Source: a virus | Lineage: Duplodnaviria; Caudoviricetes | IMG/VR virus record: IMGVR_UViG_3300032253_000031 | Span: 1 to 27,230 of that record | Reading direction: 5' to 3' (one strand) | DNA length: 27,230 nt | Shown here: positions 6,921 through 16,731 of the stretch, piece by piece | How the letters are laid out: each line of letters opens with the position of its first letter | Position numbering within the stretch: position 1 is the first letter of the stretch | The notes under the pieces: generated by a model | The model's database searches: none | What the model was told of the DNA's origin: nothing | What the model saw: the letters and a program-made list of their open reading frames with translations, nothing else | Made by a program: the position numbers and the translations under genes

Positions 6921-9900
6921 TTAGTAATCAACCCTAACAGATGTTAAAACCGCGCCACCATAGGTCGCATCTACATTTTGACCAACAATAACAAATTTAT
7001 TATTTATAAAGGTGATCGCTGTCATTCTTGTGCTTGGAACATTTGCAGGGACATTTATATTTGTCCAGTCAGTAGCATCTTTTGACGTTAGGATAACTGT
7101 CTGTGATGCAAATTCATCACCCGTTGCAACGTAAACACCTTGCGCATACTCAATAGCCCTTAATGGAGTGTCATGTGGTGTTGGTTTTCCTGTCCAAATA
7201 TCCCCATCTGGCGACACATATATACCGTCGCCGTACACGCCAGCTTGGTATGTAGCAACATAGTTTTTACCATCCCATACAAGATCGCTATATAAGCTTA
7301 CACTGGTAGAGCCGATTTGTGTCCAAGTTATACCATCTGGGGACGTAAGAACAACAGATGAAATAATAATCCACTCATTGTTTCCCCAGATAACTTTAGA
7401 GCAATTACCATAAAAAACGGCAGGCGATCTGTCTACCCAGGTTATACCGTCTGTCGATGTTGCGATGTAAGTTATAGGCCCACCGGCACTTGATTCTCCC
7501 GCCGCTACAAATAGCCCGTTATTAAATGCTACAGTAGATAAATTCAAGTTTTGTGGGTTAGTTCTTTCCACCCAGGTTATACCGTCTGTCGATGTTGCAA
7601 TGTATCCGTCAACCCCGTCTTTCTGCCCTACTGCAACAAATAAGCCACTACCATAAGCAGTCCCATTAACAGCGCTTACCGTACCGGGCACCGTTCTAGC
7701 CGTCCATGAGTTCCCGTTATCACTCGATGATTGAATTATGCCAGCCGTACCGCCGATATTAGAGCCTACCGCAACTATCAAACCATTGCCATATGAAACA
7801 TCTAAAAAATTAACCTGTGCGGCCGATCTTCTAGCTGTCCAGCTTTGCAAAAAAGCCTCGCCGATAACAAATTTATCTTTTTGCTCTTCCTCTATGGTTT
7901 CGGATTCAGGCAAATACTGTAAACGATATGACGACTTAAGCCTTGAGCCGCCAGCAAACCCAATCAAAGGCGAGTAGCTATACGGATCTTGATAGCTTGA
8001 AGTGTTGCTTCTATCGCCTCTATATGGACTATTGCCATGATTAGCTATAAAGTTTGCCCCAATACTTGGAGACGTGCTGTTTCCATCAATTAATATTAGC
8101 AATCCGCCTGCTGCTCCACCTGCTCCAGGTGAGCCTATCGCTGTTGATCCGCTGGCATTGATCGCGCTCCCGTTATTTTCAATTGCATCATCGCCGGATA
8201 AATCAATGCTGCCACCAATCCCAAATGAACTACCCCTGGATATAATCAACAATCCGGCGCCACTATTCCCGCCATCCGTCCCGACAACCTCAATAGTTCT
8301 CGTTCTGTTTGAACCAAAGCTAGTGACGCCGCCGCCGCTGCCTGAACTGCCCATTAAGTTAGCAGGTAATCCCGTGAGTGATGCACTGTTGTTTACGACA
8401 TCAAAATAGTTAACGGCATCGCCAGCCGTCACGGTTGGGTCATTATCATAAAAGCCATAAAACAGCCTGTTAGATGGCGGAAGGTCGCCGCATGGTCTTG
8501 TCGTGCCAATATACCCGGCCACACCTATTCCGGCATTATGGGTAAGATGATCACCGGTAAATGTTGTGGTGCCATTGCTCCACAAAGTTGCACCAGCGCC
8601 GCCAGAATAGCCTTGCCCTTTCCCGTCTATGTCCCCGTTTATAGTTAAATGACCTTTTATTCTTAACTGAGTGTTTTTATCAATAGTTATAACAACACCA
8701 GAATCAATAGTTAAATTGCCGTCATAATAATAGATTCCTTCAGCCATCGTATCACCGCCCGTAAGTGATCCGCTAACGGTCACAGAACTACCAACAATAG
8801 TTAATACTGTGCTTAATTCTGTTCCGTCACTGGTGTAAAAGCTATCATCTAGTACACTGCTTAATGCGCTTCTTGTTAGCTCTCCTGCCTTCTGGCTAGA
8901 GCCGAAAAGTTTTAAATTTACATAGCCTGTCATCCAGTTTGTGGAAACTTGCTGTATTTCAAACGCACGGTTTAAGCTTGTGCCAGAATCAACGTTAAAA
9001 TCTCTAATTTGATCTAAATCAACATTAACCACATCGCCAACTTCAAGCGTATTCAGTGACGGCAAAACTTTTAGGCTTAAAAGCTCAGGGGGGCCGCTGT
9101 ATCTATCCCGCATAGAATTAAAATAACTTAATAAATTCTCATCTGTATGGCTTGCCGTATGAACGCCGCGCAGTTTCAATGATTTTATTGGAGCGTCATT
9201 ATGTTTTGAAATTGAATCGCTATCTAGTAATGCTGATGTTTTTGTGTACTCTTTGCTGCCAAATACATAATTCCAATCAATTACTATTTTGTTTATAACA
9301 GACTCATAGTCGTGCTTTAAATCACCATAACTGACTACATTTCTTGCGGTTAACTCTTCTATATAACTTGAATCACTTAATATTGGGGAAAGTAATTTTA
9401 TGCCTATTTGACCATTGGAGTAAACCGGCATAAATGCAGCCAGCCACAACATAATCTGTGTTTCTATGAATTTTTTTCCATCTGTTTTTTTATGCCCCTC
9501 AAATCGAACGTGTCGCCCTTCATCTGTGAACTGGTTCCACATGGAATCGCCCAAGTCCGTATAGTCCTCTAGTCTAACCAGATCTAGGCTCACGCCCAAG
9601 TGCCAGTTGTCTGGTAGGCTTTCTTTTGCTTGTGCGGACCCGGCCGTTTTTACATAAGGTATAAAATAATTAGTTTCTGATAATTGTGCGCCCCATATAA
9701 ATAAATCCTCACCCGCAACAGCAGTATAATATGGCCTTGAATTAGTATATGTTGGTGATGGCCCATCAGCGCCGCCTATAAACAGATTTACATATGTTTC
9801 TGTAACTAAATTACCTGTTATATATATTCTCCAATAAGTATTATGCTTTATCGCGGCGTACCTAATGACAAGCGCACCCGAACTACTATCAGTCGATACT

Positions 9901-11027
9901 ACCCTCCCCGTTTCAAGATCAACAACGATCCCCGCATAAACCGTACCATTTTGTAAAGTTAAGGCTGCATATCTTGACCCGTCATTAGATATAAACGCGG
10001 AACCTGTGACAATCGAATTTAAGGCCGTTGTAGATCCGTCGTATATGTCATGATTTCCAAGTCCTGCATTCATGTTTAGCCTTTCGGCTGTGGTTGTTCC
10101 GTCTGGCGCGACAGCCGCATTCCCATTTAAGGTGGGCCCAGCTAGTACCCAAGCAGGATTTATAAAATCCTCTGAATATGGAAGCAAGTTTTCGGATACA
10201 TGCCCGGTTAAAAGCTGGTAAGCAACTTTAGGCGCTGGGCCAGCTATAAATATATGCTCTGTTACCTTTTTTCGATTACCGGCCGATTTTTCTGTGTCTG
10301 ATTCATGAACAGCAGCCAGCGTGTTCAATGCGCCGCGCTCAACCACCTGAAAAGATGGCCCTGCGTCTGTATGCGTGAATATCCCTGAAAAACAAATAAT
10401 CTCATCATCAACGATTATATAATTAACATTTTCGCTCGGTCTGTCTGAATAGCTTGAATCATGTAATATTGTTGGGTATTTTGTTAAATCTGATAGCGTT
10501 ACTGGAATAAAGTCCTGTGTGCTACTAACCGTTTGGCTTAGTGTCGTTTTTTCAGGTAAAAATATATCCTTTCTGACAATTCTTTGAATGTCTGAGCACG
10601 TTATTTTATAAACACCATTATTATAAGTTGGCTGCTTATCAATTATATACGTTAATATTAAGCTGTACTTTTCCCATAATAGATCCTGGTACCCAACATA
10701 GCATTGCACGCGCTTGTGCCTTAGCCCGTCACCGGAATTTGACTTATCTCTAAAGTACTCAGTTATTGCGCTATCTTTATCAACTAGAGAAAAGCTAAAG
10801 CCACCAATGGTCGAATTTCCACGGTCTGGATTTATTTTTTGAGAAGTTCCTGATATCGCCCTAACTACATCTGAAATAACCGTTCCGCCTGATGTCTCAG
10901 TATTAGGATGTGATGTGAATTCAACATAATCAGTATTTGCATTATCAAAATAAATCCGCACAACATAACGCGGCTTTTTGCTTGCACTGGTATTTTTAGC
11001 TGAAAAATTAGCTGTATCTATTCTCAT
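6921..11027 (-). CDS. Baseplate hub/central tail tip protein with an inserted CBM-like module, a Gly-rich region and a C-terminal beta-propeller
   Basis: Second gene after the tape measure, 1368 aa. It contains the insert NLLPYSEDF...IWGAQLSET, a long Gly-rich stretch and repeated xTSxDGITW (Asp-box/BNR-like) blades. Confidence 0.8.
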   Translation of the reverse strand: MRIDTANFSAKNTSASKKPRYVVRIYFDNANTDYVEFTSHPNTETSGGTVISDVVRAISGTSQKINPDRGNSTIGGFSFSLVDKDSAITEYFRDKSNSGDGLRHKRVQCYVGYQDLLWEKYSLILTYIIDKQPTYNNGVYKITCSDIQRIVRKDIFLPEKTTLSQTVSSTQDFIPVTLSDLTKYPTILHDSSYSDRPSENVNYIIVDDEIICFSGIFTHTDAGPSFQVVERGALNTLAAVHESDTEKSAGNRKKVTEHIFIAGPAPKVAYQLLTGHVSENLLPYSEDFINPAWVLAGPTLNGNAAVAPDGTTTAERLNMNAGLGNHDIYDGSTTALNSIVTGSAFISNDGSRYAALTLQNGTVYAGIVVDLETGRVVSTDSSSGALVIRYAAIKHNTYWRIYITGNLVTETYVNLFIGGADGPSPTYTNSRPYYTAVAGEDLFIWGAQLSETNYFIPYVKTAGSAQAKESLPDNWHLGVSLDLVRLEDYTDLGDSMWNQFTDEGRHVRFEGHKKTDGKKFIETQIMLWLAAFMPVYSNGQIGIKLLSPILSDSSYIEELTARNVVSYGDLKHDYESVINKIVIDWNYVFGSKEYTKTSALLDSDSISKHNDAPIKSLKLRGVHTASHTDENLLSYFNSMRDRYSGPPELLSLKVLPSLNTLEVGDVVNVDLDQIRDFNVDSGTSLNRAFEIQQVSTNWMTGYVNLKLFGSSQKAGELTRSALSSVLDDSFYTSDGTELSTVLTIVGSSVTVSGSLTGGDTMAEGIYYYDGNLTIDSGVVITIDKNTQLRIKGHLTINGDIDGKGQGYSGGAGATLWSNGTTTFTGDHLTHNAGIGVAGYIGTTRPCGDLPPSNRLFYGFYDNDPTVTAGDAVNYFDVVNNSASLTGLPANLMGSSGSGGGVTSFGSNRTRTIEVVGTDGGNSGAGLLIISRGSSFGIGGSIDLSGDDAIENNGSAINASGSTAIGSPGAGGAAGGLLILIDGNSTSPSIGANFIANHGNSPYRGDRSNTSSYQDPYSYSPLIGFAGGSRLKSSYRLQYLPESETIEEEQKDKFVIGEAFLQSWTARRSAAQVNFLDVSYGNGLIVAVGSNIGGTAGIIQSSSDNGNSWTARTVPGTVSAVNGTAYGSGLFVAVGQKDGVDGYIATSTDGITWVERTNPQNLNLSTVAFNNGLFVAAGESSAGGPITYIATSTDGITWVDRSPAVFYGNCSKVIWGNNEWIIISSVVLTSPDGITWTQIGSTSVSLYSDLVWDGKNYVATYQAGVYGDGIYVSPDGDIWTGKPTPHDTPLRAIEYAQGVYVATGDEFASQTVILTSKDATDWTNINVPANVPSTRMTAITFINNKFVIVGQNVDATYGGAVLTSVRVDY
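7435..7604. repeat. Direct repeat within propeller blades
   Basis: ACCCAGGTTATACCGTCTGTCGATGTTGC is identical at 7435-7463 and 7570-7598 (34/35 when extended), 135 bp apart. Confidence 0.9.
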
Positions 11028-12514
11028 ACTTCACGCATCTTAACTGAAATATTGAAATATTCTAATGTGCCATTTCTTGATTCTTTGTGCCCACCATCGG
11101 CAATAACACTAACAGGGTCGTCTTCACTTGCTATTGTTCCGTATGGGTCGAATGTGAACGTCTCACCGGCATTAACCGATTGAAGCCATACCCTATAAGC
11201 TGGAAGCGATGCTTTAGGTATGTTTTTAATATTTATGTCGTATAAAACATCAGCACGTTGAAATACGGTTTCCTGATTTCCGCCAATAGATACGCTTTCT
11301 TTTGAGGTGATATCCTCTGACCTGTTTACTCTATCTAAAGACAAATCAAGGCTATATTCCTCATCAACCTGCGTAAACACTGAGTTTTCTTTAAACATGT
11401 GTTTTTCAGAGTCATAAATGGTTTTTATTTGTGTGGCGGTTAAGGCTGATGGGAGTACGCTCCATAATGCTTGCTCATGGTCGTTTGTATATCCACCTGT
11501 CTGTATCTGAACACCCATCCTCGTTACGGCTGATGCGTCAGTATTGGTATCTGTATTTGCTATGGAATCTGTTAATACACCATTAACATATGCGTACAAT
11601 ATATTAGATGATTTGGTAATGACTACAAATCTCCAAACGTTGTCACTATAATCAACTGTTGCCGAGTTTAAGTGTGCTGATGTCATAAATACACCTAAAT
11701 AACCAGTTGAGCTTAATTGTATTTGAAGCCTAGGTTCAGTTGTCCAACCAGTTCTTTTTCGATCAAATAACCCAACGGATTTATTTGATGATCTAAACCA
11801 ACCGCGAACGGAAAAATCACCAGCACCAAAATCAAGCGCAGAATCATAGCTCTGCTCTAAATAATTGGCAGCACTAAAACCGCTGTAACCCATAACGGTT
11901 GAACCAGTTTCCACGGGTGATTTAGTGATACTACCGTAGTATGCTAAATCATGATCGTTTGCTGATAGGTCGTTGTCTGCAAGCTTACAAGTTATGTTAT
12001 CAAAGTACGCAACATCACCAGAGACACCCCATGCAATACCTCTATTGAGTACAAAGACATAAACCGTGGTTGTTATTGCTGTTGCGATAAATCCAAACTT
12101 TAAACCCTGAGAAGCATCTTCAGAACTAATATGATCTGATTCACCGTCACCAACAGTAGCCCCGTTTGCATCTATTGAAATAACAGCAGCGTTTACCGTT
12201 GTATTTGAGCTAGGAGCATAAGCATCACAAGAAATAACATATAATTTACCAACAACTGTTGTAAAACTCTGCGAACTACCCTGTGCAGTAGTCGCACCCA
12301 TTGTTACCTTCATTCCGCCACTAGTATAAATTGTGGTGTCATGTGTGACCGTTATGCCTGTTCCTGCTATCCAGCCACTAACATTAATAGGAAAATCGCC
12401 ATTAACAATCAACTCAGCACCCACAACAGTTTCAGCCGTAGTGTCAGCAAGCCACGCCCCGACCTCTGTACCTATCAGTTTCAAGCCCTTTTTTGCCGTG
12501 TAAGTTATGCTCAT
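11024..12514 (-). CDS. Distal tail (Dit)-like protein with inserted carbohydrate-binding and LamG domains
   Basis: Directly after the tape measure. The C-terminal ~110 aa look Dit-like (WLQSVNAGETFTFDPYG). Internal modules are ELIVNGDF...YFDNITCK (CBM-like) and DFSVRGWF...WRFVVITK...YVNGVL...ALTATQIKTIY (LamG). Confidence 0.7.
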   Translation of the reverse strand: MSITYTAKKGLKLIGTEVGAWLADTTAETVVGAELIVNGDFPINVSGWIAGTGITVTHDTTIYTSGGMKVTMGATTAQGSSQSFTTVVGKLYVISCDAYAPSSNTTVNAAVISIDANGATVGDGESDHISSEDASQGLKFGFIATAITTTVYVFVLNRGIAWGVSGDVAYFDNITCKLADNDLSANDHDLAYYGSITKSPVETGSTVMGYSGFSAANYLEQSYDSALDFGAGDFSVRGWFRSSNKSVGLFDRKRTGWTTEPRLQIQLSSTGYLGVFMTSAHLNSATVDYSDNVWRFVVITKSSNILYAYVNGVLTDSIANTDTNTDASAVTRMGVQIQTGGYTNDHEQALWSVLPSALTATQIKTIYDSEKHMFKENSVFTQVDEEYSLDLSLDRVNRSEDITSKESVSIGGNQETVFQRADVLYDINIKNIPKASLPAYRVWLQSVNAGETFTFDPYGTIASEDDPVSVIADGGHKESRNGTLEYFNISVKMREV

Positions 12515-14337
12515 GCCTCAAAAAACTCCTGACCGTTACGTGAATCGCTGCGAATTAAAATACCGTCTTTGTTGTCTACAAAATCCTGCAAAGCGGGGAT
12601 TAATTCATCATTCATAAACTCTTCATTTATTACACCGCCAGTTATATTTAAAATTAACTGACCACCACCATTCTGACCCGCTTCTGGGCCGCCTAACGCA
12701 GGTGCAACCGTTGGTACTGACTGAGGTAATCCATTAGAGCCACCACCACCACTTGGCGCAGACACGCCGCCACCTCCGCCGAACTGCTGCGCGTTTATAT
12801 TCTGAATCTGAACGCCCGTAGCTAATGCCGCTGTAGCTGCAAAGGCGGCTCCAACCAAAGGCCCGCCGACACTAGCACCGTGCGCGTATGAGCTAACAAT
12901 TGCCTCGTAGCCTTTTATTGTTGCAGTTGCTAACGAGGCGATCTTGCCTATTTTAAATAACTTTTTAGATCGTGCATTCATTAATGATGACAGGTTGCCT
13001 AATGCGTTCATTGTTATATTTTTCATGGCCTCCCTATGTATACGCTCGCTTCTTTCCTCATTCAGCCTGTGTAGTGAATTTGCATTTGCTATTAATTCAT
13101 TGTTTGATATTTCATCATCTAATAATGCTTGTGATGTTTCCTGTGATTGTAATATTCTAAAGGCATCGGCCGTGGCCTGTAGCTCCTGTAATTGAGCTAT
13201 CTCTTCTATTTTCAACTCAATGGGGCCGCTGCCCTCTTCGCCCTCTTCTTTCGGTGCATCGAATATGCGCTTTTGTTCGATAAGGCGACCATACTCTTCA
13301 CCTAAAACTTTTAGCTCATCAACATAACCGGTAATACCAGTTGCGCCTTTATCCAGGGCGCTGTCCATTGCCTCCTTAGTTTCTTTGATCTTTTCTAAAA
13401 CGACCTCAATTTCTGACCGTTTATCAGTGAATAAACCAAAGATCATCCCCCAGCCAGCAGCCGATTGAACACCTAACTCAACAATTTTAATCATTACGCC
13501 TGCGATGCTTTGTAGTCCTTCAACAATTGCCGGATCGGAAAGTATCTCTCTGAACTCATCCATCGACTCAACCAGGTCGCCGCCCTCGATCGCTCCGAAG
13601 GTTTTTAACGCTGCATTTTCTATCTGTTGATAAGCTTGGGAGATTGTCTTTTCTGTTTGATCGAATTCGGTAGCTAATACTGAAGCCTGAGACTTTAGCG
13701 CGGTTGTAACGACTTCAGCGGTAAGCTTGCCTTCTGCTGCAAGTTCACGCAAAGCGCCTATCTCTACTCCTAAGCCATCAGCAATCGCCCTTGCAAGGCG
13801 TGGCGTTTGCTCCATCACAGAGTTTAATTCCTGACCCCTTAACGCATCCGCCGCTAAACCTTGCCCTAACTGAAAGAGGGCCGCTGAAGCACTCGCCGCC
13901 TCAACGCCGGAAATTGCCACCGCCTGATTAACCGATTCTGTGATACCTAATAAATCAGTTTGTGAAAGCTCCAACTCTTCAGTTGATCGAGCAAGACGAC
14001 TATATAAATCAATGGTGGCCTCATAACTTGCGCGGGTATCCTGTGCGACATCAAATAACTGGCTCTGAACCTGTGCAAGCTCTTCAGTGCCATCAGTGAC
14101 AAGCTTTAATTTATTGGATAGACTTTGATATACACTAACCTGACTGATTAGCTTTTTAGTGACTACAGCAAGACCTAGTGCGGAAATTGCACCGCCCAAG
14201 CCGCTAAATGAATTTCTTAACTTTTTTACCCGGCTTTCTGTTTCTTTGCCCTGCTTTTCAAGGCGGTCAAGTTCAGCAACTGCACGCTTGATATCTGACG
14301 CTTCAATCTTTATACCGAGGGTTGCAATATCAGTCAT
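12511..14337 (-). CDS. Tail tape measure protein
   Basis: MTDIATLGIKIE start; tape-measure domain (QSQLFDVAQDTR...LFQLGQGLAADALRGQELNSVMEQTPRLARAIADGLG); follows the chaperone genes. Confidence 0.93.
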   Translation of the reverse strand: MTDIATLGIKIEASDIKRAVAELDRLEKQGKETESRVKKLRNSFSGLGGAISALGLAVVTKKLISQVSVYQSLSNKLKLVTDGTEELAQVQSQLFDVAQDTRASYEATIDLYSRLARSTEELELSQTDLLGITESVNQAVAISGVEAASASAALFQLGQGLAADALRGQELNSVMEQTPRLARAIADGLGVEIGALRELAAEGKLTAEVVTTALKSQASVLATEFDQTEKTISQAYQQIENAALKTFGAIEGGDLVESMDEFREILSDPAIVEGLQSIAGVMIKIVELGVQSAAGWGMIFGLFTDKRSEIEVVLEKIKETKEAMDSALDKGATGITGYVDELKVLGEEYGRLIEQKRIFDAPKEEGEEGSGPIELKIEEIAQLQELQATADAFRILQSQETSQALLDDEISNNELIANANSLHRLNEERSERIHREAMKNITMNALGNLSSLMNARSKKLFKIGKIASLATATIKGYEAIVSSYAHGASVGGPLVGAAFAATAALATGVQIQNINAQQFGGGGGVSAPSGGGGSNGLPQSVPTVAPALGGPEAGQNGGGQLILNITGGVINEEFMNDELIPALQDFVDNKDGILIRSDSRNGQEFFEA

Positions 14338-14662
14338 TACCTTTGCGCCTTAGAATATCTACTTCTATTAAAATATCGGTTTCTTGACCTGTTAACTCAA
14401 AACCTGATAACTGATTAAACGCCTGAAGCTCTATATACCCGAGCCTTTCACAGCCTTTTAAGGCTTTATTGTATATATCCCATAAATACAAAAACTCATA
14501 AGGGCATTTAGGCTTATTTCTTATAAAAGAACTTTCTTTGCCAGTTCTTTTTTCTATCTCCATTTGTACAGCTAATCGCGTTTGTTTAAATCCTTTTTGG
14601 CAAGTGTGCGCCTCAATCATCCATGCGGCGTACTCCATAAATTCGGCGACTAGCTCACGATA
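14330..14662 (-). CDS. Tail assembly chaperone, -1 frameshift extension (gpT-like)
   Basis: Open in the -1 frame from the slippery site (YRELVAEFMEYAAW...PKCPYEFLYLWDIY...IELQAFNQLSG). Confidence 0.8.
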   Translation of the reverse strand, partial: YRELVAEFMEYAAWMIEAHTCQKGFKQTRLAVQMEIEKRTGKESSFIRNKPKCPYEFLYLWDIYNKALKGCERLGYIELQAFNQLSGFELTGQETDILIEVDILRRKGND

Positions 14663-15012
14663 AAATTTACACGGTTATTTATAAACAATACGGCCTGGTC
14701 AATAATGTAGGGGGCTTTCTGATATAAAACTAACGCCGCCTCTTTGGAAAAATCAAGATCAACACCTCGCCACCCTAATGTGGCATCAAGTATCATACTT
14801 AGATTTTCCTCATCTACATCGCCGCCTTCATCTTTTGTAATCATGCGCCGCACTGCTTCGTGCTGATTTCTACGCGCGTTATCCGTCCAGATTTTAGAGT
14901 CTTGCCCTGCGTAAGTTATGAAAAAATCCGTTTTACTTCCGAATTCATCCAAAACCTGCATTTCAGCCCCTGCATTATGTCTATCAGCCGTGTATAAGCT
15001 TGTGATATCCAT
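14650..15012 (-). CDS. Tail assembly chaperone (gpG-like)
   Basis: Lies between the tail tube and tape measure; motifs AGQDSKIW, TLGWRGV, C-terminal NRVNF. Confidence 0.85.
   Translation of the reverse strand: MDITSLYTADRHNAGAEMQVLDEFGSKTDFFITYAGQDSKIWTDNARRNQHEAVRRMITKDEGGDVDEENLSMILDATLGWRGVDLDFSKEAALVLYQKAPYIIDQAVLFINNRVNFIVS
14662..14668 (-). other. Programmed -1 ribosomal frameshift site
   Basis: In-frame A AAT TTT fits X XXY YYZ, three sense codons before the TAG. The -1 frame is open to 14330. Confidence 0.85.
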
Positions 15013-15404
15013 TATGCAGCCGTACCGATAGTTAGCGCGCCGTTACCTGTAAATGTAAAAGCCTGGGTAACTGTTGAGTCATTCGCTACTGATCGACTAA
15101 TACCGGTCACTGTGGCCGTACCTGAGTAAAGCGCATCACCAGTAGTTAGACCTTCAGGCCCAAGACGAAGGGTAACGCTTGCGCCAATGGTTAAAGCTAC
15201 CTGACCATTAGTATCTGTATCATCCCAGTAGCAATTAACTGAGCCGGACCAGCTATTTAAGCCAGCTAAATGCGTCATTGCAGTATCGCCTAGAACTGTG
15301 TCGTCTACTGTATTGGCTGTTTCTTCAATGCTGAAATCGAGAACTTCTGCAACTGCATTTGCCCCAATTTCAACCGCGCCAGCATTACCGTTAAATGTTG
15401 CCAT
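15012..15404 (-). CDS. Major tail tube protein
   Basis: 130 aa, minimal tube-fold pattern (GAVEIGANAVAEVLDFSIEETAN...AGLNSWSGS...FTFTGNGAL); follows the tail terminator. Confidence 0.9.
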   Translation of the reverse strand: MATFNGNAGAVEIGANAVAEVLDFSIEETANTVDDTVLGDTAMTHLAGLNSWSGSVNCYWDDTDTNGQVALTIGASVTLRLGPEGLTTGDALYSGTATVTGISRSVANDSTVTQAFTFTGNGALTIGTAA

Positions 15405-15540
15405 TATCTTTCACCTTCTTTTCTTTGGTTTTAGTTACTGGCTTTTCAGTCCAGCCGTTAGACTTCATGTATTCAACACGGTCTACACCGCATTTGACGC
15501 TTGATTTTCCGTTGGGAGAAAATAATTCGGTTAACTTCAT
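15391..15540 (-). CDS. Small hypothetical protein (49 aa)
   Basis: GAGGT SD; MKLTELFSPNGKSSVKCGVDRVEYMKSNGWTEKP... fills the gap between the terminator and tube genes. Confidence 0.7.
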   Translation of the reverse strand: MKLTELFSPNGKSSVKCGVDRVEYMKSNGWTEKPVTKTKEKKVKDNGNI

Positions 15541-15542
15541 AA

Positions 15543-15953
15543 TTACCTCTTTGCTGTGTAAGCATAATAAAGCACGTCTACTGAATAATGATACCAGCCA
15601 TCACTATTGCCGATTACTCGCTGTGACGCGCTTCTTATTGTCACTGTGCGGGCGTTATATGTCAGCTCAGTATCACGTTTAAACTGTTCTGCAATCGTAT
15701 CGCTCATGGTAGACGCTTCGTTTTTACCCTCATCAGCTGGGGAAAATATATCAATCTGGTACAGCCCCGTGCTGAAATCAGAGCCTGCGCCTATTGTTGC
15801 CGCTGTTGTTGTCGCGGGTATCAATGTTGGCCTGATAAAAAGCGTGCCTTGTACCGGTGTATACTTTTTATTATGCCATGCAACGGGCGGCAATCCGGCC
15901 ATTGTGTTTAACTGGGTATCAAGGGCCGCTGATATATCAAAAAACACAGTCAC
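15543..15953 (-). CDS. Tail terminator protein (DUF4128-like)
   Basis: PPVAWHNKKYTP...GLYQIDIFSPADEG...IAEQFKR; synteny. Confidence 0.85.
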   Translation of the reverse strand: MTVFFDISAALDTQLNTMAGLPPVAWHNKKYTPVQGTLFIRPTLIPATTTAATIGAGSDFSTGLYQIDIFSPADEGKNEASTMSDTIAEQFKRDTELTYNARTVTIRSASQRVIGNSDGWYHYSVDVLYYAYTAKR

Positions 15954-16381
15954 TTGTTATCCCTTGCTTTTCTCATTACTGTAAATATCCACTCAGCAAT
16001 TGTAACTCTAACCATCCCGCCGACTGCCTGACTTGAAAATCCATTCAATGTTTTATCTGTTTTCCCTTTTCCTTGTGGAAACGTGCCATATTCAACTGTT
16101 CTGGCGTATGGCAAGTTATTCATCATGTATATGCTGTCGCTCAGCCGCATCTTGCTAGTCTCAGTTGCTATCTTTCTCAGTGCCACGTTTGCGCCTGTGT
16201 CCACTTCGCCGCTTCTAGCTGAATTAAGGCTCGTTTGCCAATTTCCGCGCAATCTTCCTGTATCTACTGGTGTACGCTTAACGACTGAGCCTAAAACTTC
16301 TAATGCAGCCCCCTGAAGCACTTTTTTTGCAGCATCTAATGCCTTGTCATTAAACTTCGATAAGTCTTTACCAAAGCTCAT
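15950..16381 (-). CDS. HK97 gp10-like tail completion protein
   Basis: TPVDTGRLRGNW and NNLPYARTVEYG...SSQAVGGMVR motifs. Confidence 0.9.
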   Translation of the reverse strand: MSFGKDLSKFNDKALDAAKKVLQGAALEVLGSVVKRTPVDTGRLRGNWQTSLNSARSGEVDTGANVALRKIATETSKMRLSDSIYMMNNLPYARTVEYGTFPQGKGKTDKTLNGFSSQAVGGMVRVTIAEWIFTVMRKARDNK

Positions 16382-16731
16382 ACACGCAACTGTAATTTGT
16401 ATATAACGACCGTTCCCCCGGGGGATACTTCGTTAACATTCATGACACGATAAACAGAACCGTTATAAGTTACCGTATCGCCGATTAATGGGGCCGTTGT
16501 TACAGCTTGTAATATCAACCGAACATCACCATTCTGGATAACTTCACCGTCAACCTCTGACTTCTTATAATCAAACCCTGCGCCGTAACCTGTATATGTG
16601 CTCGATGCGGTTGTATCAACGCCAGTCACAGGATTAAACCCGCTTGACGTTTCACGGCCAAAGGTTAAGTTTTGACCGTTATCGGTTAGTAGGCTTGTAG
16701 CTGTATTCGCTAATATTGCGTAATCAACCAC
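16378..16731 (-). CDS. Head closure/stopper protein
   Basis: FNPVTG, VDGEVIQNGDVRLI, VSPGGTVVIYKLQLR; synteny. Confidence 0.8.
   Translation of the reverse strand: MVDYAILANTATSLLTDNGQNLTFGRETSSGFNPVTGVDTTASSTYTGYGAGFDYKKSEVDGEVIQNGDVRLILQAVTTAPLIGDTVTYNGSVYRVMNVNEVSPGGTVVIYKLQLRV

Noticed and set aside
7435-7604. Diversity-generating retroelement TR/VR pair
   Set aside because: The repeat is short and in frame within one gene, without adenine-specific mismatches, and there is no reverse transcriptase in the window.
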